Below, piece by piece: positions 21,150-30,736 of a stretch of 64,000 nucleotides of DNA. Under the pieces are notes generated by a model that was given only the letters and a program-made list of their open reading frames with translations, was not told the origin of the DNA and did not search any database. Both the position numbers and the translations under genes were made by a program. Position 1 is the first letter of the stretch, and every line of letters begins with the position of its first letter. The stretch comes from Gemmatimonadaceae bacterium (GTDB lineage: Bacteria; Gemmatimonadota; Gemmatimonadetes; Gemmatimonadales; Gemmatimonadaceae). The stretch covers positions 5,880-69,879 of the forward strand of contig DASUXT010000058.1 of assembly GCA_036377775.1 (NCBI GenBank). The letters are read 5' to 3'.

Positions 21150-22382
21150 TCAGGAGGCGAGCAGGTGCCCGAGCTTGTCGCGCTTCGTGCCCAGGTAGCC
21201 GGCGTTCTCGACGTTCTCCGGCTGGATGATCGGCACGCGCTCCTCGATGCGGAGCCCGTACCCCTCGAGGCCCACCATCTTGCGCGGATTGTTGGTGATC
21301 GGGCGGATGGACTTCAGCCCGAGGTCGAGGAGGATCTGCGCGCCGATGCCGTAGTTGCGCAGGTCGGGGGCGAAGCCGAGCTGCTCGTTCGCCTCCACCG
21401 TGTCCGCGCCGCGATCCTGCAGCTCGTACGCCTTCAGCTTGTTGAGGAGGCCGATCCCGCGCCCCTCCTGGTCGAGGTAGACGATGACGCCGCGCCCCTC
21501 CTGCTGGATCATGCGCATCGCCGTCTCGAGCTGCCAGCCGCAGTCGCAGCGCATGGAGTGGAACACGTCGCCGGTGAGGCACTTGGAGTGCATGCGCACC
21601 AGCACGTTCTCGCCATCGCCGAGATCCCCGTAGGCGATGGCGACGTGCTCGGCGTCGTCCACGTCGTTCTCGTAGCCGTACACGGTCCACGTGCCGAAGT
21701 TGGTCGGCAGGCGCGCCTCGGCCACGCGATGCACCAGGCGTTCGTGCTTCAGCCGGTGCGCGACGAGCTGGGCGACGGTGATGAACTTGAGGCCGTGCTC
21801 GCGCGCGAACGCCTCGAGCTGCGGACGGCGCGCCGTCGTGCCGTCCTCGTTGAGGATCTCGCAGATCACGCCAGCGGGATAGACGCCGGCGAGCCGCGCG
21901 AGGTCCACCGCGGCTTCGGTGTGTCCCACGCGCTGAAGCACGCCGCCTTCCCGCGCGCGCAGCGGATGAACGTGGCCGCCGTGGCGGAGGTCGGAGGGCA
22001 CGGTGGCCGGATCGACGAGCACGCGCACCGTGGTCGCGCGGTCCTGGGCGCTGATCCCCGTCGTCACCCCGAAGCGCGGCGAAGCATCCACGCTGACGGT
22101 GTACGCGGTGCGGTACTCGTCGGGATTGCTCTCCGCCATCGGCGGCAGCTCGAGCTGGTCCACCCGCTCGCCGCTGAGCGCGACGCAGATCAGCCCGCCC
22201 GCGCGCTTGATCATGAAGTTGATCAGCTCCGGCGTCACGAGCTGCGCAGCGCAGATCAGGTCGCCCTCGTTCTCACGGTCCTCGTCATCCGCCACGATGA
22301 CGAGCTTCCCCGCGGCGATGTCGGCGATGGCTTCGGCGACAGTGTTGAATGGCATCGGTTCCCGAGTTGGTGTCGCGCTCAT
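21150..22382 (-). CDS. ribBA: Bifunctional 3,4-dihydroxy-2-butanone-4-phosphate synthase / GTP cyclohydrolase II
   Basis: The ATG at 22382 overlaps the ribE stop (ATGA). Motifs DDEDRENEGDLICAA (RibB) and VRMHSKCLTGDVFHSMRCDCG (RibA) are present. Confidence 0.92.
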   Translation of the reverse strand: MSATPTREPMPFNTVAEAIADIAAGKLVIVADDEDRENEGDLICAAQLVTPELINFMIKRAGGLICVALSGERVDQLELPPMAESNPDEYRTAYTVSVDASPRFGVTTGISAQDRATTVRVLVDPATVPSDLRHGGHVHPLRAREGGVLQRVGHTEAAVDLARLAGVYPAGVICEILNEDGTTARRPQLEAFAREHGLKFITVAQLVAHRLKHERLVHRVAEARLPTNFGTWTVYGYENDVDDAEHVAIAYGDLGDGENVLVRMHSKCLTGDVFHSMRCDCGWQLETAMRMIQQEGRGVIVYLDQEGRGIGLLNKLKAYELQDRGADTVEANEQLGFAPDLRNYGIGAQILLDLGLKSIRPITNNPRKMVGLEGYGLRIEERVPIIQPENVENAGYLGTKRDKLGHLLAS

Positions 22383-22978
22383 CGCGCCACGGCGTACGGA
22401 GCCACGAGCTGGCGGACGTACTTGCCCACCATGTCGGCCTCCACGTGAACGGCATCGCCGGCGCGGAGCGCGCCGAGCGTGGTATGACGCGCCGTGTGGT
22501 CGATGAGGCTCACCTGAAGAATCCCCGGCGAGGGAAGTGCGTTCACGGTGAGGCTCACGCCGTCCACGGCGACCGAACCATGCAGCACCATCAGGGGCTC
22601 GAGGTCGGCGGGGAGGCGGATGTCCACCAGCAGCGCATCGTCGGCGCGCAGCGCCTGCTCCACTTCGGCGACGCCGTCCACGTGCCCCTGCACCAGGTGG
22701 CCGCCGAGCCGGTCGCCCAGGCGCATGGCGCGCTCCAGGTTCACGCGACGACCGGCCTCCCACTCGCCGATCGTCGTGCGACCGAGCGTCGTCACGACCG
22801 CCGCCACGGCGAACCAGCCGGGTCCGTGCTCGAGCACCGTGAGGCAGGCCCCGTTGACGGCGATGCTTTCACCGATGGACAGGCCGGTGTAGCGCGAGGC
22901 GATGCGCAGCGTGCGCCCCGCCTCCGTCCGCTCCACACGCTCGACGACGCCTACGTCGTCAACCAGCCCGGTGAACAT
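22379..22978 (-). CDS. ribE: Riboflavin synthase (alpha chain)
   Basis: MFTGLVDDVGVV...GESIAVNGACLTV and a second lumazine-binding repeat, GSVAVDGVSLTV. Confidence 0.92.
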   Translation of the reverse strand: MFTGLVDDVGVVERVERTEAGRTLRIASRYTGLSIGESIAVNGACLTVLEHGPGWFAVAAVVTTLGRTTIGEWEAGRRVNLERAMRLGDRLGGHLVQGHVDGVAEVEQALRADDALLVDIRLPADLEPLMVLHGSVAVDGVSLTVNALPSPGILQVSLIDHTARHTTLGALRAGDAVHVEADMVGKYVRQLVAPYAVAR

Positions 22979-22979
22979 G

Positions 22980-24095
22980 TCAATTCGCTCCGGCCTCCCT
23001 TGCCGGAGGCGCGTAAACCGTCATCTCGTCGTCCCCGAACCGTGCCGATCGCACGAAGCGCCAGCGCGGCGCATCGTCGATCGTGGCGGCGGGAAAGGCG
23101 CTGAACGGGTTCAGCGCACCCGTGCCGAGCACGAGGGGTGCCCGAAAGATAATCAGGCGATCCACCAGCGCCTCCTGGATCAGCGAGGCCGCGAGCGCGG
23201 CGCCCCCTTCCACGAGGATGGACCGCACGTGACGCGCGCGCAACGCGCGCAGGGCGTCGCCGAGGGTGGCTGCATGCAGCAGCTCGACTCCCGCCTGCTC
23301 GAGGGCTGACGCGTGCCTCGCCTCCGGGGCCCAGCAGACGACGACCACGGGTGACTCGCGCGCCGTGCGCACGAGCTGCGAGGTGAGGGGGAGCCGCGCC
23401 GAGGTGTCGAACACCACCCGCAGCGGCGGCACGCGAGGCGCCGAAAAGCTGCGGACGGTGAGCAGAGGGTCATCGGCGAGCACGGTGCCGATGCCGACCG
23501 CCACGGCGTCCGAGCCGGCCCGCAGGCGGTGCACCTCGCCGCGAGCCTCGTGGCCGGTGAGCCAGGCCGGCTTGCGCGTGGCATCCGACATCGCGCCGTC
23601 CAGTGACAGCGCGAGCTTGAGGCGGACGAATGGGCGATCCGAGGTGAGGGCGTGGAAGAACACGGCGTTCAGCTCGCGCGCCGAGGCCTCACCGAGCCCG
23701 ATCTCCACCGTCACCCCAGCCTCGCGCAACCGTTCCGCGCCCCCGGCAGCCACGGGGTTCGGGTCCGCCACGGCGATCACCACGCGACGAATGCCGGCGG
23801 CGAGGATGGCGTCGGTGCACGGCGGCGTGCGCCCGTGATGGTTGCACGGCTCCAGAGTGACGTAGAGCGTGGCGCCACGCGCCCGCTCGCCCGCCGAGCG
23901 GAGCGCCTCCACCTCGGCGTGCGCTTCGCCGTAGCGGCGATGCCAGCCTTCACCGACGATGTTGCCGTCGCGCACGACGACGGCGCCGACCATCGGGTTC
24001 GGCGCCGTGCGTCCCCATCCATTTTCCGCGAGGTCGAGCGCGCGGCGCATGAATGCGCCATCCGCGGGTGCCGCCGCGCGCTCGCGTGCTGCCAT
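22980..24095 (-). CDS. ribD: Bifunctional diaminohydroxyphosphoribosylaminopyrimidine deaminase / 5-amino-6-(5-phosphoribosylamino)uracil reductase
   Basis: FMRRALDLA...NPMVGAVVV...HAEVEAL...LYVTLEPCNHHGRTPPC plus the reductase half. Confidence 0.92.
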   Translation of the reverse strand: MAARERAAAPADGAFMRRALDLAENGWGRTAPNPMVGAVVVRDGNIVGEGWHRRYGEAHAEVEALRSAGERARGATLYVTLEPCNHHGRTPPCTDAILAAGIRRVVIAVADPNPVAAGGAERLREAGVTVEIGLGEASARELNAVFFHALTSDRPFVRLKLALSLDGAMSDATRKPAWLTGHEARGEVHRLRAGSDAVAVGIGTVLADDPLLTVRSFSAPRVPPLRVVFDTSARLPLTSQLVRTARESPVVVVCWAPEARHASALEQAGVELLHAATLGDALRALRARHVRSILVEGGAALAASLIQEALVDRLIIFRAPLVLGTGALNPFSAFPAATIDDAPRWRFVRSARFGDDEMTVYAPPAREAGAN

Positions 24096-24098
24096 GCG

Positions 24099-25097
24099 CT
24101 AGAAGCCGAAGCGGAGCCCGACGGAGCCGTAGTTGCGTGCGGCGCCCGGCTCCGAGCCGGAGAAGGTGTTGAAGGTCGTGACCTCACCGCCCGACACCCG
24201 ACCAACCTCGGCGGCGAGCTTGAAGAACAGGAGGTTCATCTTCACACCGGCGAAGATGTTCGTGCGGTCGAGCTTCTGCGACGGCGACGGATCTACCGTG
24301 GTGTTCGCACGGCCGAAGCCGCCCGCCAGCACCGACGCGCGCACTTCGTCCACCGAGGACTCATAGTGGTCCTTGCCCACGCCGCCGAAGATGCCGATGA
24401 TCACGAGTGACTTGCTCGCCTCGATGCGCCACGACGTCGTCTTCATCTTGAGGCCGGTGACGAAAAGCGAATCGCTCGCGCTGCTGTTCGCCATCAGGTC
24501 GACGGTGGGCAGGTCGCGGTGCATGAAGCTGAGCGACACGCCCGGCACGAGGATCGACTCCGACAGCAGCCCGACGCGGGCGCCGTACCCGATCTTGAGC
24601 GAGCCATCGGGGAGCTTGACGCTCACGTTGTTGTCCTCGAACTCCGGCAGGTAGGTGGCGCTGAGCAGCAGGTCCACCGAGCCCACGTTCGTCAGGGCCA
24701 GCGGCAGTCCGCGGAAGATGCCGATCGCCGCGTCTGCGCCGCCGCCGGGCACCATCTGCGAGCTGGTCGGCAGCTCGGCGGAATAGCGGCCGGTGTAACA
24801 GGTCGGGAACTGATCCACCTCCGGCAGTGAACCCTGCACCGCCGTGCCGCGCGCACCGATGCTGAAGTGGCCAAGGCCACCCAGGGTGCTCGACTGGCCG
24901 AGCGTCGGGCTGCCACCGGCGAGGGCCGTGGACAGCTGGGGTGCCAGGTACTGGAACAGGTCGGCCGCCTGCTGCCGCGAATTCTCGGAGGCCTGCGCCG
25001 ACGACGTCGGCACCCCCGCCGCGCACGACGTCTGCCCCTGCGCGGACGCCGCGCCGACCATGCTCATGCCAACCGCGAGAACGAGGAACTTGTTCAT
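24099..25097 (-). CDS. Hypothetical outer-membrane beta-barrel protein
   Basis: Signal peptide MNKFLVLAVGMSMVGAASAQ, alternating beta-strand pattern and a C-terminal ...GSVGLRFGF (terminal Phe). Its start overlaps the purM stop and its stop lies 4 nt from the ribD start. Confidence 0.6.
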   Translation of the reverse strand: MNKFLVLAVGMSMVGAASAQGQTSCAAGVPTSSAQASENSRQQAADLFQYLAPQLSTALAGGSPTLGQSSTLGGLGHFSIGARGTAVQGSLPEVDQFPTCYTGRYSAELPTSSQMVPGGGADAAIGIFRGLPLALTNVGSVDLLLSATYLPEFEDNNVSVKLPDGSLKIGYGARVGLLSESILVPGVSLSFMHRDLPTVDLMANSSASDSLFVTGLKMKTTSWRIEASKSLVIIGIFGGVGKDHYESSVDEVRASVLAGGFGRANTTVDPSPSQKLDRTNIFAGVKMNLLFFKLAAEVGRVSGGEVTTFNTFSGSEPGAARNYGSVGLRFGF

Positions 25098-26164
25098 GAC
25101 GCGCGCTCCTGAATGATGCGCACCTGACCGGCTCCGCGCACGATGCGCCCGAGCCGCCAGTTGCCAAGGTGAGCCGCCGAGGCGCTCGCCTCGACTGCGT
25201 GCGCGCCCGCCTCGTCGGTGATGACGACCATTCCGACGCCCATGTTGAACGTCCGGAACATCTCCGCCCGGTCCACGCCCCCCGCACGCTCGAGCTGCCG
25301 GAACAGGTTCGGCACCTCCCAGCTCGCCGCATCGATCTCGGCGTCCAGCGTGTCGGTCAGCGTGCGGTTCACATTGCCGGGCAACCCGCCGCCGGTGATG
25401 TGCGCCATGCCGTGAATGTGACCGAGAACCGGTCGCAGCACTGGCAGATACGAGCGATGGACCCGCAGCAATACGTCCGCCACCGAGGCATCCTCCCCCG
25501 GGAAGGGATCGTTGACAGCCAGGCCCATCCGTTCAGAGACGATGCGCCGCGCCAGGGAGTAACCGTTCGTGTGAAGCCCGCTGCTGGCGAGGCCCAGGAT
25601 CAGGTCACCTTCGCAGACGCGGTCGGCACCGAGGATCGCGTCCTCCTCCACCATGCCGACGATGAAGCCGGCGAGGTCGTAGTCGGGTGGGGTGTAGATG
25701 CCAGGCATCTCCGCCGTCTCGCCGCCGACGAGTGAGCATCCGTTCTCGCGGCACCCGGCAGCGACGCCCTCGACCACTGCCGCCACGACCTCCGGCTCGA
25801 GCCGGCCTGCGGCGAAGTAGTCGAGGAAGAAGAGCGGGACGGCGCCCTGGACGAGGATGTCGTTGACGCAGTGGTTGACGAGGTCGTGCCCCACCGTGCC
25901 GTGGCGTCCCGCCTCGATGGCCACGCGCAGCTTCGTGCCCACGCCGTCGGCGCTGGACACCAGCACCGGTCGGTGCGCCTCGGCTGGCATGCGGAACATG
26001 CCGCCGAAGCCGCCGAAGCTCCCCCGCGCGCCCACCGTGAAGGTGGATTCCACGGCGGCGCGAATGCGCTGCTTCACCGCGTCGGACCGGTCGATGTCCA
26101 CGCCGGCGCTGGCGTAGTCCATCGAGCCCGTCGGGCGCGCTTTCCCGCCGTGCGCGTCACTCAC
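25094..26164 (-). CDS. purM: Phosphoribosylformylglycinamidine cyclo-ligase (AIR synthetase)
   Basis: YASAGVDID...GGFGGMF...LVSSADGVGTKL...DLVNHCVNDILVQGA... Confidence 0.92.
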   Translation of the reverse strand: MSDAHGGKARPTGSMDYASAGVDIDRSDAVKQRIRAAVESTFTVGARGSFGGFGGMFRMPAEAHRPVLVSSADGVGTKLRVAIEAGRHGTVGHDLVNHCVNDILVQGAVPLFFLDYFAAGRLEPEVVAAVVEGVAAGCRENGCSLVGGETAEMPGIYTPPDYDLAGFIVGMVEEDAILGADRVCEGDLILGLASSGLHTNGYSLARRIVSERMGLAVNDPFPGEDASVADVLLRVHRSYLPVLRPVLGHIHGMAHITGGGLPGNVNRTLTDTLDAEIDAASWEVPNLFRQLERAGGVDRAEMFRTFNMGVGMVVITDEAGAHAVEASASAAHLGNWRLGRIVRGAGQVRIIQERAS

Positions 26165-27078
26165 GTGGCCAGCTCCTCCTCGAACGCGACGAGCGCATGG
26201 AAGTCGCGCACGCGCGCCGCGATGTCCTTCGGCGTGATCTCGAGCAGCCGCTGCACGGAGAACTTCTCCACCGCGAACGAGCCCATCGCCGATCCGTACA
26301 CCACCGCGCGGCGCATGTTGGCCTCGCTCAGGTCGCCGCTCCGCGCCAGGTAGCCCATGAACCCGCCGGCGAACGAGTCACCCGCACCGGTGGGATCGAA
26401 CACCGACTCGAGCGGATAGGCCGGCGCGAAGAAGATCGACCCTTCCCGGAACAGGAAGGCGCCGTGCTCGCCCTTCTTGATCACCACCATCTTCGGGCCA
26501 CGCTCCATGATCCAGCGCGCAGCCTTCACCAGATTGAAGCAATCGGTCAGCTGCCGGGCCTCCCCGTCGTTCAGCGTGATCAGGTCCACGTGCTTGATCA
26601 GCTCGAGGATGTCCGGCCGGCGGCTCTCGATCCAGAAGTTCATCGTGTCGCATGCCACGAGCGCCGGGCGCTGGACCTGCTTCAGCACGTCGAGCTGCAG
26701 GCGCGGATCGATGTTGGCGAGGAAGACGAACGGCGCACGCTGGAACTGCGGCGGAATCTTGGGGCTGAAGTGCGAGAACACGCCAAGGTGCGTCTCGAGC
26801 GTCTCCGCCGAATTGAGGTCGTGCCGATAGCGACCGCGCCAGCGAAAGGAATTGCCATCAGCGTGCTCGAGGCCGGCCATGTCCACACCGCGCTTCTTCA
26901 GGGGCTCGAGCTGATCGAGCGGGTAGTCGTTGCCCACGACGCCCACGAGCTGCACCGGCGCGAGGTGGCTCGCCGACGCGGAGAAGAAGGTGCCTGACCC
27001 GCCGATCACATTGTCGGCCTTGCCGAACGGGGTTTCGACCGAGTCCAGCGCGACGGAGCCAACGACGAGGACGGACAT
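26161..27078 (-). CDS. PfkB-family carbohydrate/nucleoside kinase
   Basis: VVGSVALD...GGSGTFFS at the N-terminus and DPTGAGDSFAGGFMGYL (PfkB signature 2). Confidence 0.8.
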   Translation of the reverse strand: MSVLVVGSVALDSVETPFGKADNVIGGSGTFFSASASHLAPVQLVGVVGNDYPLDQLEPLKKRGVDMAGLEHADGNSFRWRGRYRHDLNSAETLETHLGVFSHFSPKIPPQFQRAPFVFLANIDPRLQLDVLKQVQRPALVACDTMNFWIESRRPDILELIKHVDLITLNDGEARQLTDCFNLVKAARWIMERGPKMVVIKKGEHGAFLFREGSIFFAPAYPLESVFDPTGAGDSFAGGFMGYLARSGDLSEANMRRAVVYGSAMGSFAVEKFSVQRLLEITPKDIAARVRDFHALVAFEEELAT

Positions 27079-27104
27079 GAGGGACGGGTGAAGGATGGCT
27101 TGAT

Positions 27105-27174
27105 CGTGAACCGTGAACCGCGAACCGCGAACCGTGAACGCAGTGACGGTTCACCGTTCACGGTCTGCGATTCA
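27105..27174. repeat. Heptamer array with inverted arms (5 x GTGAACC-type units, spacer, 4 x GGTTCAC-type units)
   Basis: Read directly: gtgaacc gtgaacc gcgaacc gcgaacc gtgaacg / cagtgac / ggttcac cgttcac ggtctgc gattcac. It lies between the argS stop (27182) and the pfkB start (27078). Confidence 0.95.
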
Positions 27175-27181
27175 CGCGTAG

Positions 27182-28834
27182 TTACATGCGCTCCGGCGCC
27201 GAGATGCCGAGCATGGAAAGACCGTTGCGCAGCACGATCTGCGATGCGCGGGCGAGAAGCAGTCGCGCACGCGTGATCGGCTCCGGCTCGTTGAGCACGT
27301 GCGCCTTGTGATACCACAGGTGCACCTTCCCCGCCGTGTCGTGGAGGTAGGTGGCCACGCGGTGCGGCTCCAGCGCCTCGGCCGCCCCGGCAACGAGCGC
27401 CGGGAAGTCGAGCAGTGCCTTCATCAGCTCCGTCTCCTCCGGCAGGGTGAGCACGGAGAGATCGGCACTCGTGTCGATCGACTGCGGATCGATCTCCCCG
27501 ACGCGGAAGATCCCCGACATCCGGGCGTGCGCCATCTGGATGTAGTAGACCGGATTCTCCTCGCTCTGCGAGCGCGCGAGGTCCACGTCGAAGGAGAGCT
27601 GGGAGTCACCCTTCCGCATCAGGAAGAAGTAGCGCACCGCATCGCGGCCGACTTCGTCGATCAGGTCGCGTACCGTGACATAGCTGCCGGCGCGCTTGGA
27701 GATCTTCACCTCCTCGCCGCCGCGCATCACCGTCACCATCTGGTGGAGCACGTACTCCGGATAGCCCTCGGGAATGCCGATGTCGAGCGCCTGCAGGCCG
27801 GCGCGCACGCGCGTCACCGTGCTGTGGTGGTCGGCCCCCTGCACGTTGATGGCGCGCCTGAAGCCACGCTCCCACTTCGTGACGTGGTACGCGACGTCGG
27901 GGACGAAGTACGTGTAGGTTCCGCCCTTCTCGGCGCTCTTGCGCATCACGCGATCCTGGTCGTCACCATACTCGGTGGTGCGCAGGAAGAGCGCGCCGTC
28001 CCGCTCGTACGTCCGGCTGCGCTCCACGAGCGCGCGCACGGTGCGATCGACGCGACCATCCTCGTACAGCGACGACTCCAGGAAGTAGGTGTCGAAGGCG
28101 ACGCCGAACGCCTGCATGTCGCGGTCCTGCTCCTTGCGGAGCTCGCGCACGGCGAAGCGGCGCATGGCGTCGAGGTTGTTGCCCGCGCTGTCCTCCGGAT
28201 GCTCGGCGACGTACCGCTGCGCGATCTCGGCAATGTACTCGCCGTGGTAGCCGCCCTCGGGAATCTCGAGCGGCGCGCCGCCCAGCTCGCGCACGCGCGC
28301 CTGGGTGCTCCTCGCCAGGTTCTCGATCTGCACGCCGGCGTCGTTGTAGTAGAACTCGCGGGACACGCGCCAGCCCGACCACTCGAGCAGCGACGCGATG
28401 GCGTCGCCGAGCGCCGCCTGCCGACCGTGCCCCACATGCAATGGCCCGGTGGGATTCGCGCTCACGAACTCGACGACGACCGGCTTCGCGGCGCCGGTGT
28501 CACTGTGTCCGTAGTGCTCGCCGGCCGCGACGAGTGCACGCAGCCCGTCGGCCACGGTGTCGGCGCTCAGACGCAGGTTGATGAACCCCGGGCCGGCGAC
28601 GTCCACGCTGGCGAGACCGGCGGCCTGGAAGTCGAGCGCCTTCACGAGATCCTGCGCGAGGTCGCGCGGCTTCCGGCCGAGCGGCTTGGCGAGGACCATG
28701 GCGACGTTCGTCGCCCAGTCGCCGAAGGCGGGATCGCGTGGACGCTCGAGCAGCGGCTCGACATCCGCCGGCGCACCAAGTGAGCGGGCGGCGCGCGCGA
28801 GCTCGGCGCGCAGCGCGTCAGTGCCCGCGCTCAC
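27182..28834 (-). CDS. argS: Arginyl-tRNA synthetase
   Basis: 550 aa. [18 protein letters not shown] (HIGH region), ISKRAGS (KMSKS-like region) and a C-terminal anticodon-binding domain. Confidence 0.93.
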   Translation of the reverse strand: MSAGTDALRAELARAARSLGAPADVEPLLERPRDPAFGDWATNVAMVLAKPLGRKPRDLAQDLVKALDFQAAGLASVDVAGPGFINLRLSADTVADGLRALVAAGEHYGHSDTGAAKPVVVEFVSANPTGPLHVGHGRQAALGDAIASLLEWSGWRVSREFYYNDAGVQIENLARSTQARVRELGGAPLEIPEGGYHGEYIAEIAQRYVAEHPEDSAGNNLDAMRRFAVRELRKEQDRDMQAFGVAFDTYFLESSLYEDGRVDRTVRALVERSRTYERDGALFLRTTEYGDDQDRVMRKSAEKGGTYTYFVPDVAYHVTKWERGFRRAINVQGADHHSTVTRVRAGLQALDIGIPEGYPEYVLHQMVTVMRGGEEVKISKRAGSYVTVRDLIDEVGRDAVRYFFLMRKGDSQLSFDVDLARSQSEENPVYYIQMAHARMSGIFRVGEIDPQSIDTSADLSVLTLPEETELMKALLDFPALVAGAAEALEPHRVATYLHDTAGKVHLWYHKAHVLNEPEPITRARLLLARASQIVLRNGLSMLGISAPERM

Positions 28835-29208
28835 TCGCCGGTGCTCTTCTTCGCGGCCGGCTTTGCCTCCGTCGACGGCGCCGGAGACGCCGCAGCTCCG
28901 GAAGTCGAACCGCCGCTCTCACCACCGCTCTTCGTACTGTCGCTCTTCGCCTCCGACTTCCCGCCAGCAGCAGCGGCGGAGTCGCTGGACATGCTCTTCG
29001 GCCCGCTCCCCTTGTCGCGGTGCGCGTTCTTGCCGTAATCGGTGAGGTAGAAGCCAGATCCCTTGAACGAGAAACCGGCAGGCGAAAGAATGCGCTCGGC
29101 GAGCGCGCCGCACTCCGGGCAAGCGGCCTGGGCTTCCGCACCGCTGATGGTGCGATAGAACTTTTCGAACTCGTGCCCGTTCGGACAGCGGAACTCGTAA
29201 GTTGGCAT
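28831..29208 (-). CDS. FmdB-family zinc-ribbon protein with a Ser/Ala/Gly/Lys-rich tail
   Basis: [15 protein letters not shown]...CPECGA (CxxC...CxxC), followed by a low-complexity C-terminus. Its stop overlaps the argS start. Confidence 0.75.
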   Translation of the reverse strand: MPTYEFRCPNGHEFEKFYRTISGAEAQAACPECGALAERILSPAGFSFKGSGFYLTDYGKNAHRDKGSGPKSMSSDSAAAAGGKSEAKSDSTKSGGESGGSTSGAAASPAPSTEAKPAAKKSTGE

Positions 29209-29292
29209 CGATGTGAGACTTAGGTGGTGCTGATCCAGCCGGGAAAACTAGTGGCGGGGAACGGCCCGCGGTAGGTGCGCGAGCTTCCCAAA

Positions 29293-29337
29293 CGCACGAA
29301 GGGCTCGGCAGCCGATGGCTGCCGAGCCCTTCGTGCG
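29293..29337 (-). terminator. Strong hairpin terminator downstream of the 29349 OMP gene
   Basis: Perfect 21-bp inverted repeat cgcacgaagggctcggcagcc-gat-ggctgccgagcccttcgtgcg, followed on the minus strand by TTTGGG. Confidence 0.7.
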
Positions 29338-29348
29338 TCGGACCGCTG

Positions 29349-29894
29349 TTAGAAGCGGATGCCGAAGGTGAGCGGCACCGACTTCATGCTCGTGCCGTCG
29401 CCGGTCGAGATCTGCGTGTAGCGGGCATCGATACGCGCCGGGATGCGACCCATCGCGAAGTCGAGGCCAGCACCGGCGTTGAAGCCCCAGTGGCTCTCGG
29501 TGGGGATGCCGTTGCCCAGGTCATAGTGCGCGAAGCTCGCACCACCGGTCAGGTACGGCGTGATCGCGCTCGGGCGACGCGACGTCCAGAGCACCGCGTT
29601 CAGGTCGGCGCCCATCGTCTTGTTGCTGCCGTCGACGCCGGTCGCCTTGAAGCTGTTGCTCGAGTAGCTCGCGTCGGCGCGGAGGCCGAGCATCGAGGAA
29701 TTGCGGAGATCCATCGAGCCGCCGAAGGTGTAACCCGTGTTGAACGCGTCGGACGCGTCACCCATCGGCATCGAAGCGCCGCCGAAGACGGCGAACGACA
29801 GCGGCTTGTGGGCAACCTGCGCGCTCAGCATGCTGGGCGCGAGGAGGACGGCACCGGCAACGGCCATCGTGCGGAAGATGTTGATCGGTCGCAT
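29349..29894 (-). CDS. Small outer-membrane beta-barrel protein (OmpA-like barrel / OMP_b-brl type)
   Basis: ATG at 29894: MRPINIFRTMAVAGAVLLAPSMLSAQ signal peptide, about 8 amphipathic strands and the C-terminal ...VPLTFGIRF. Confidence 0.7.
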   Translation of the reverse strand: MRPINIFRTMAVAGAVLLAPSMLSAQVAHKPLSFAVFGGASMPMGDASDAFNTGYTFGGSMDLRNSSMLGLRADASYSSNSFKATGVDGSNKTMGADLNAVLWTSRRPSAITPYLTGGASFAHYDLGNGIPTESHWGFNAGAGLDFAMGRIPARIDARYTQISTGDGTSMKSVPLTFGIRF

Positions 29895-29956
29895 GGAACC
29901 TCTGGCGAAGTGGAGCGGACCGCCTTGTGGACCTGCGGGCGAATCCGCCGGGAGAA

Positions 29957-30015
29957 CGACGCGGCCTTCCGCGTCGCATGTGAAGCGGCGCAGACCGGAA
30001 GGTCCGCGCCGCTTC
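29957..30015 (-). terminator. Two tandem hairpins downstream of the 30022 OMP gene
   Basis: gaagcggcgcagacc-ggaa-ggtccgcgccgcttc (15 bp, 1 mismatch) and cgacgcgg-cctt-ccgcgtcg (8 bp). On the minus strand the second is followed by TTCTCC. Confidence 0.5.
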
Positions 30016-30021
30016 GGGAAA

Positions 30022-30570
30022 TCACCGCGTGTACACCGACAGGCCGGCGAGCAGGCCGATGGCGTTCTGCGACGCGCCGTTGCTGCTCGAGTGTGCAAGG
30101 TTAGCCTCGAACCGCGACGCAAAGCGGCTGGCCACCGGCACCTTCACGCCGAAGCCGCCGCCGAAGGTGAACGCGCTGTGCGAGCCGAGGTCACCCGAGA
30201 TTCCATCGAGGCCGATGAATGGGCGGACGTAGAGCTGGTTCGCCATCCGGCTGGTCGAGAAATGGTAGAGCATTCCGAGGCCGACCCCGTAGGTCGTGAA
30301 GCTCAGGCCAGTCTCGCTATGGTGATTCAGGCTGAGCGAAGGCTCGAGCGACACCGCGGGCGTCAGATAGAACCCCATGCGGACCGAGGGAATCGGGACC
30401 TGGAGCTCGGTCGTCTTCGGGTCATCGAGCGTAAAGATCACGCCAGCATCCACGCCGATTTCCGGCGAAGGGTTCGCGGACGCCATGCTGCTGCGGGTCG
30501 TCCGCTGCGCGCTGGCGGTGGAAGCAATCGCGATCAGCGAAAGCGCGGCGAACGAAAGAACCCGACGCAT
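30022..30570 (-). CDS. Small outer-membrane beta-barrel protein (paralog-like neighbour of the 29349 gene)
   Basis: Signal peptide MRRVLSFAALSLIAIASTASAQ and alternating strand pattern. Its size (about 180 aa) matches the neighbouring OMP. Confidence 0.65.
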   Translation of the reverse strand: MRRVLSFAALSLIAIASTASAQRTTRSSMASANPSPEIGVDAGVIFTLDDPKTTELQVPIPSVRMGFYLTPAVSLEPSLSLNHHSETGLSFTTYGVGLGMLYHFSTSRMANQLYVRPFIGLDGISGDLGSHSAFTFGGGFGVKVPVASRFASRFEANLAHSSSNGASQNAIGLLAGLSVYTR

Positions 30571-30736
30571 ACTTTTCTAGTCCTGTAGTCTGGTGGGCCA
30601 GCAGAGTCATGCCTTCCCCAGCCGGGAAGGTCACGAATCAGACTGCCGAACTCGCTACAGGTCACGCCCGACGGCGGTCCCCGGCGCCCACCGAAAAGTG
30701 ACGCCCGTCACAGGCGCGCCGGCCCGTACCCGCGCT

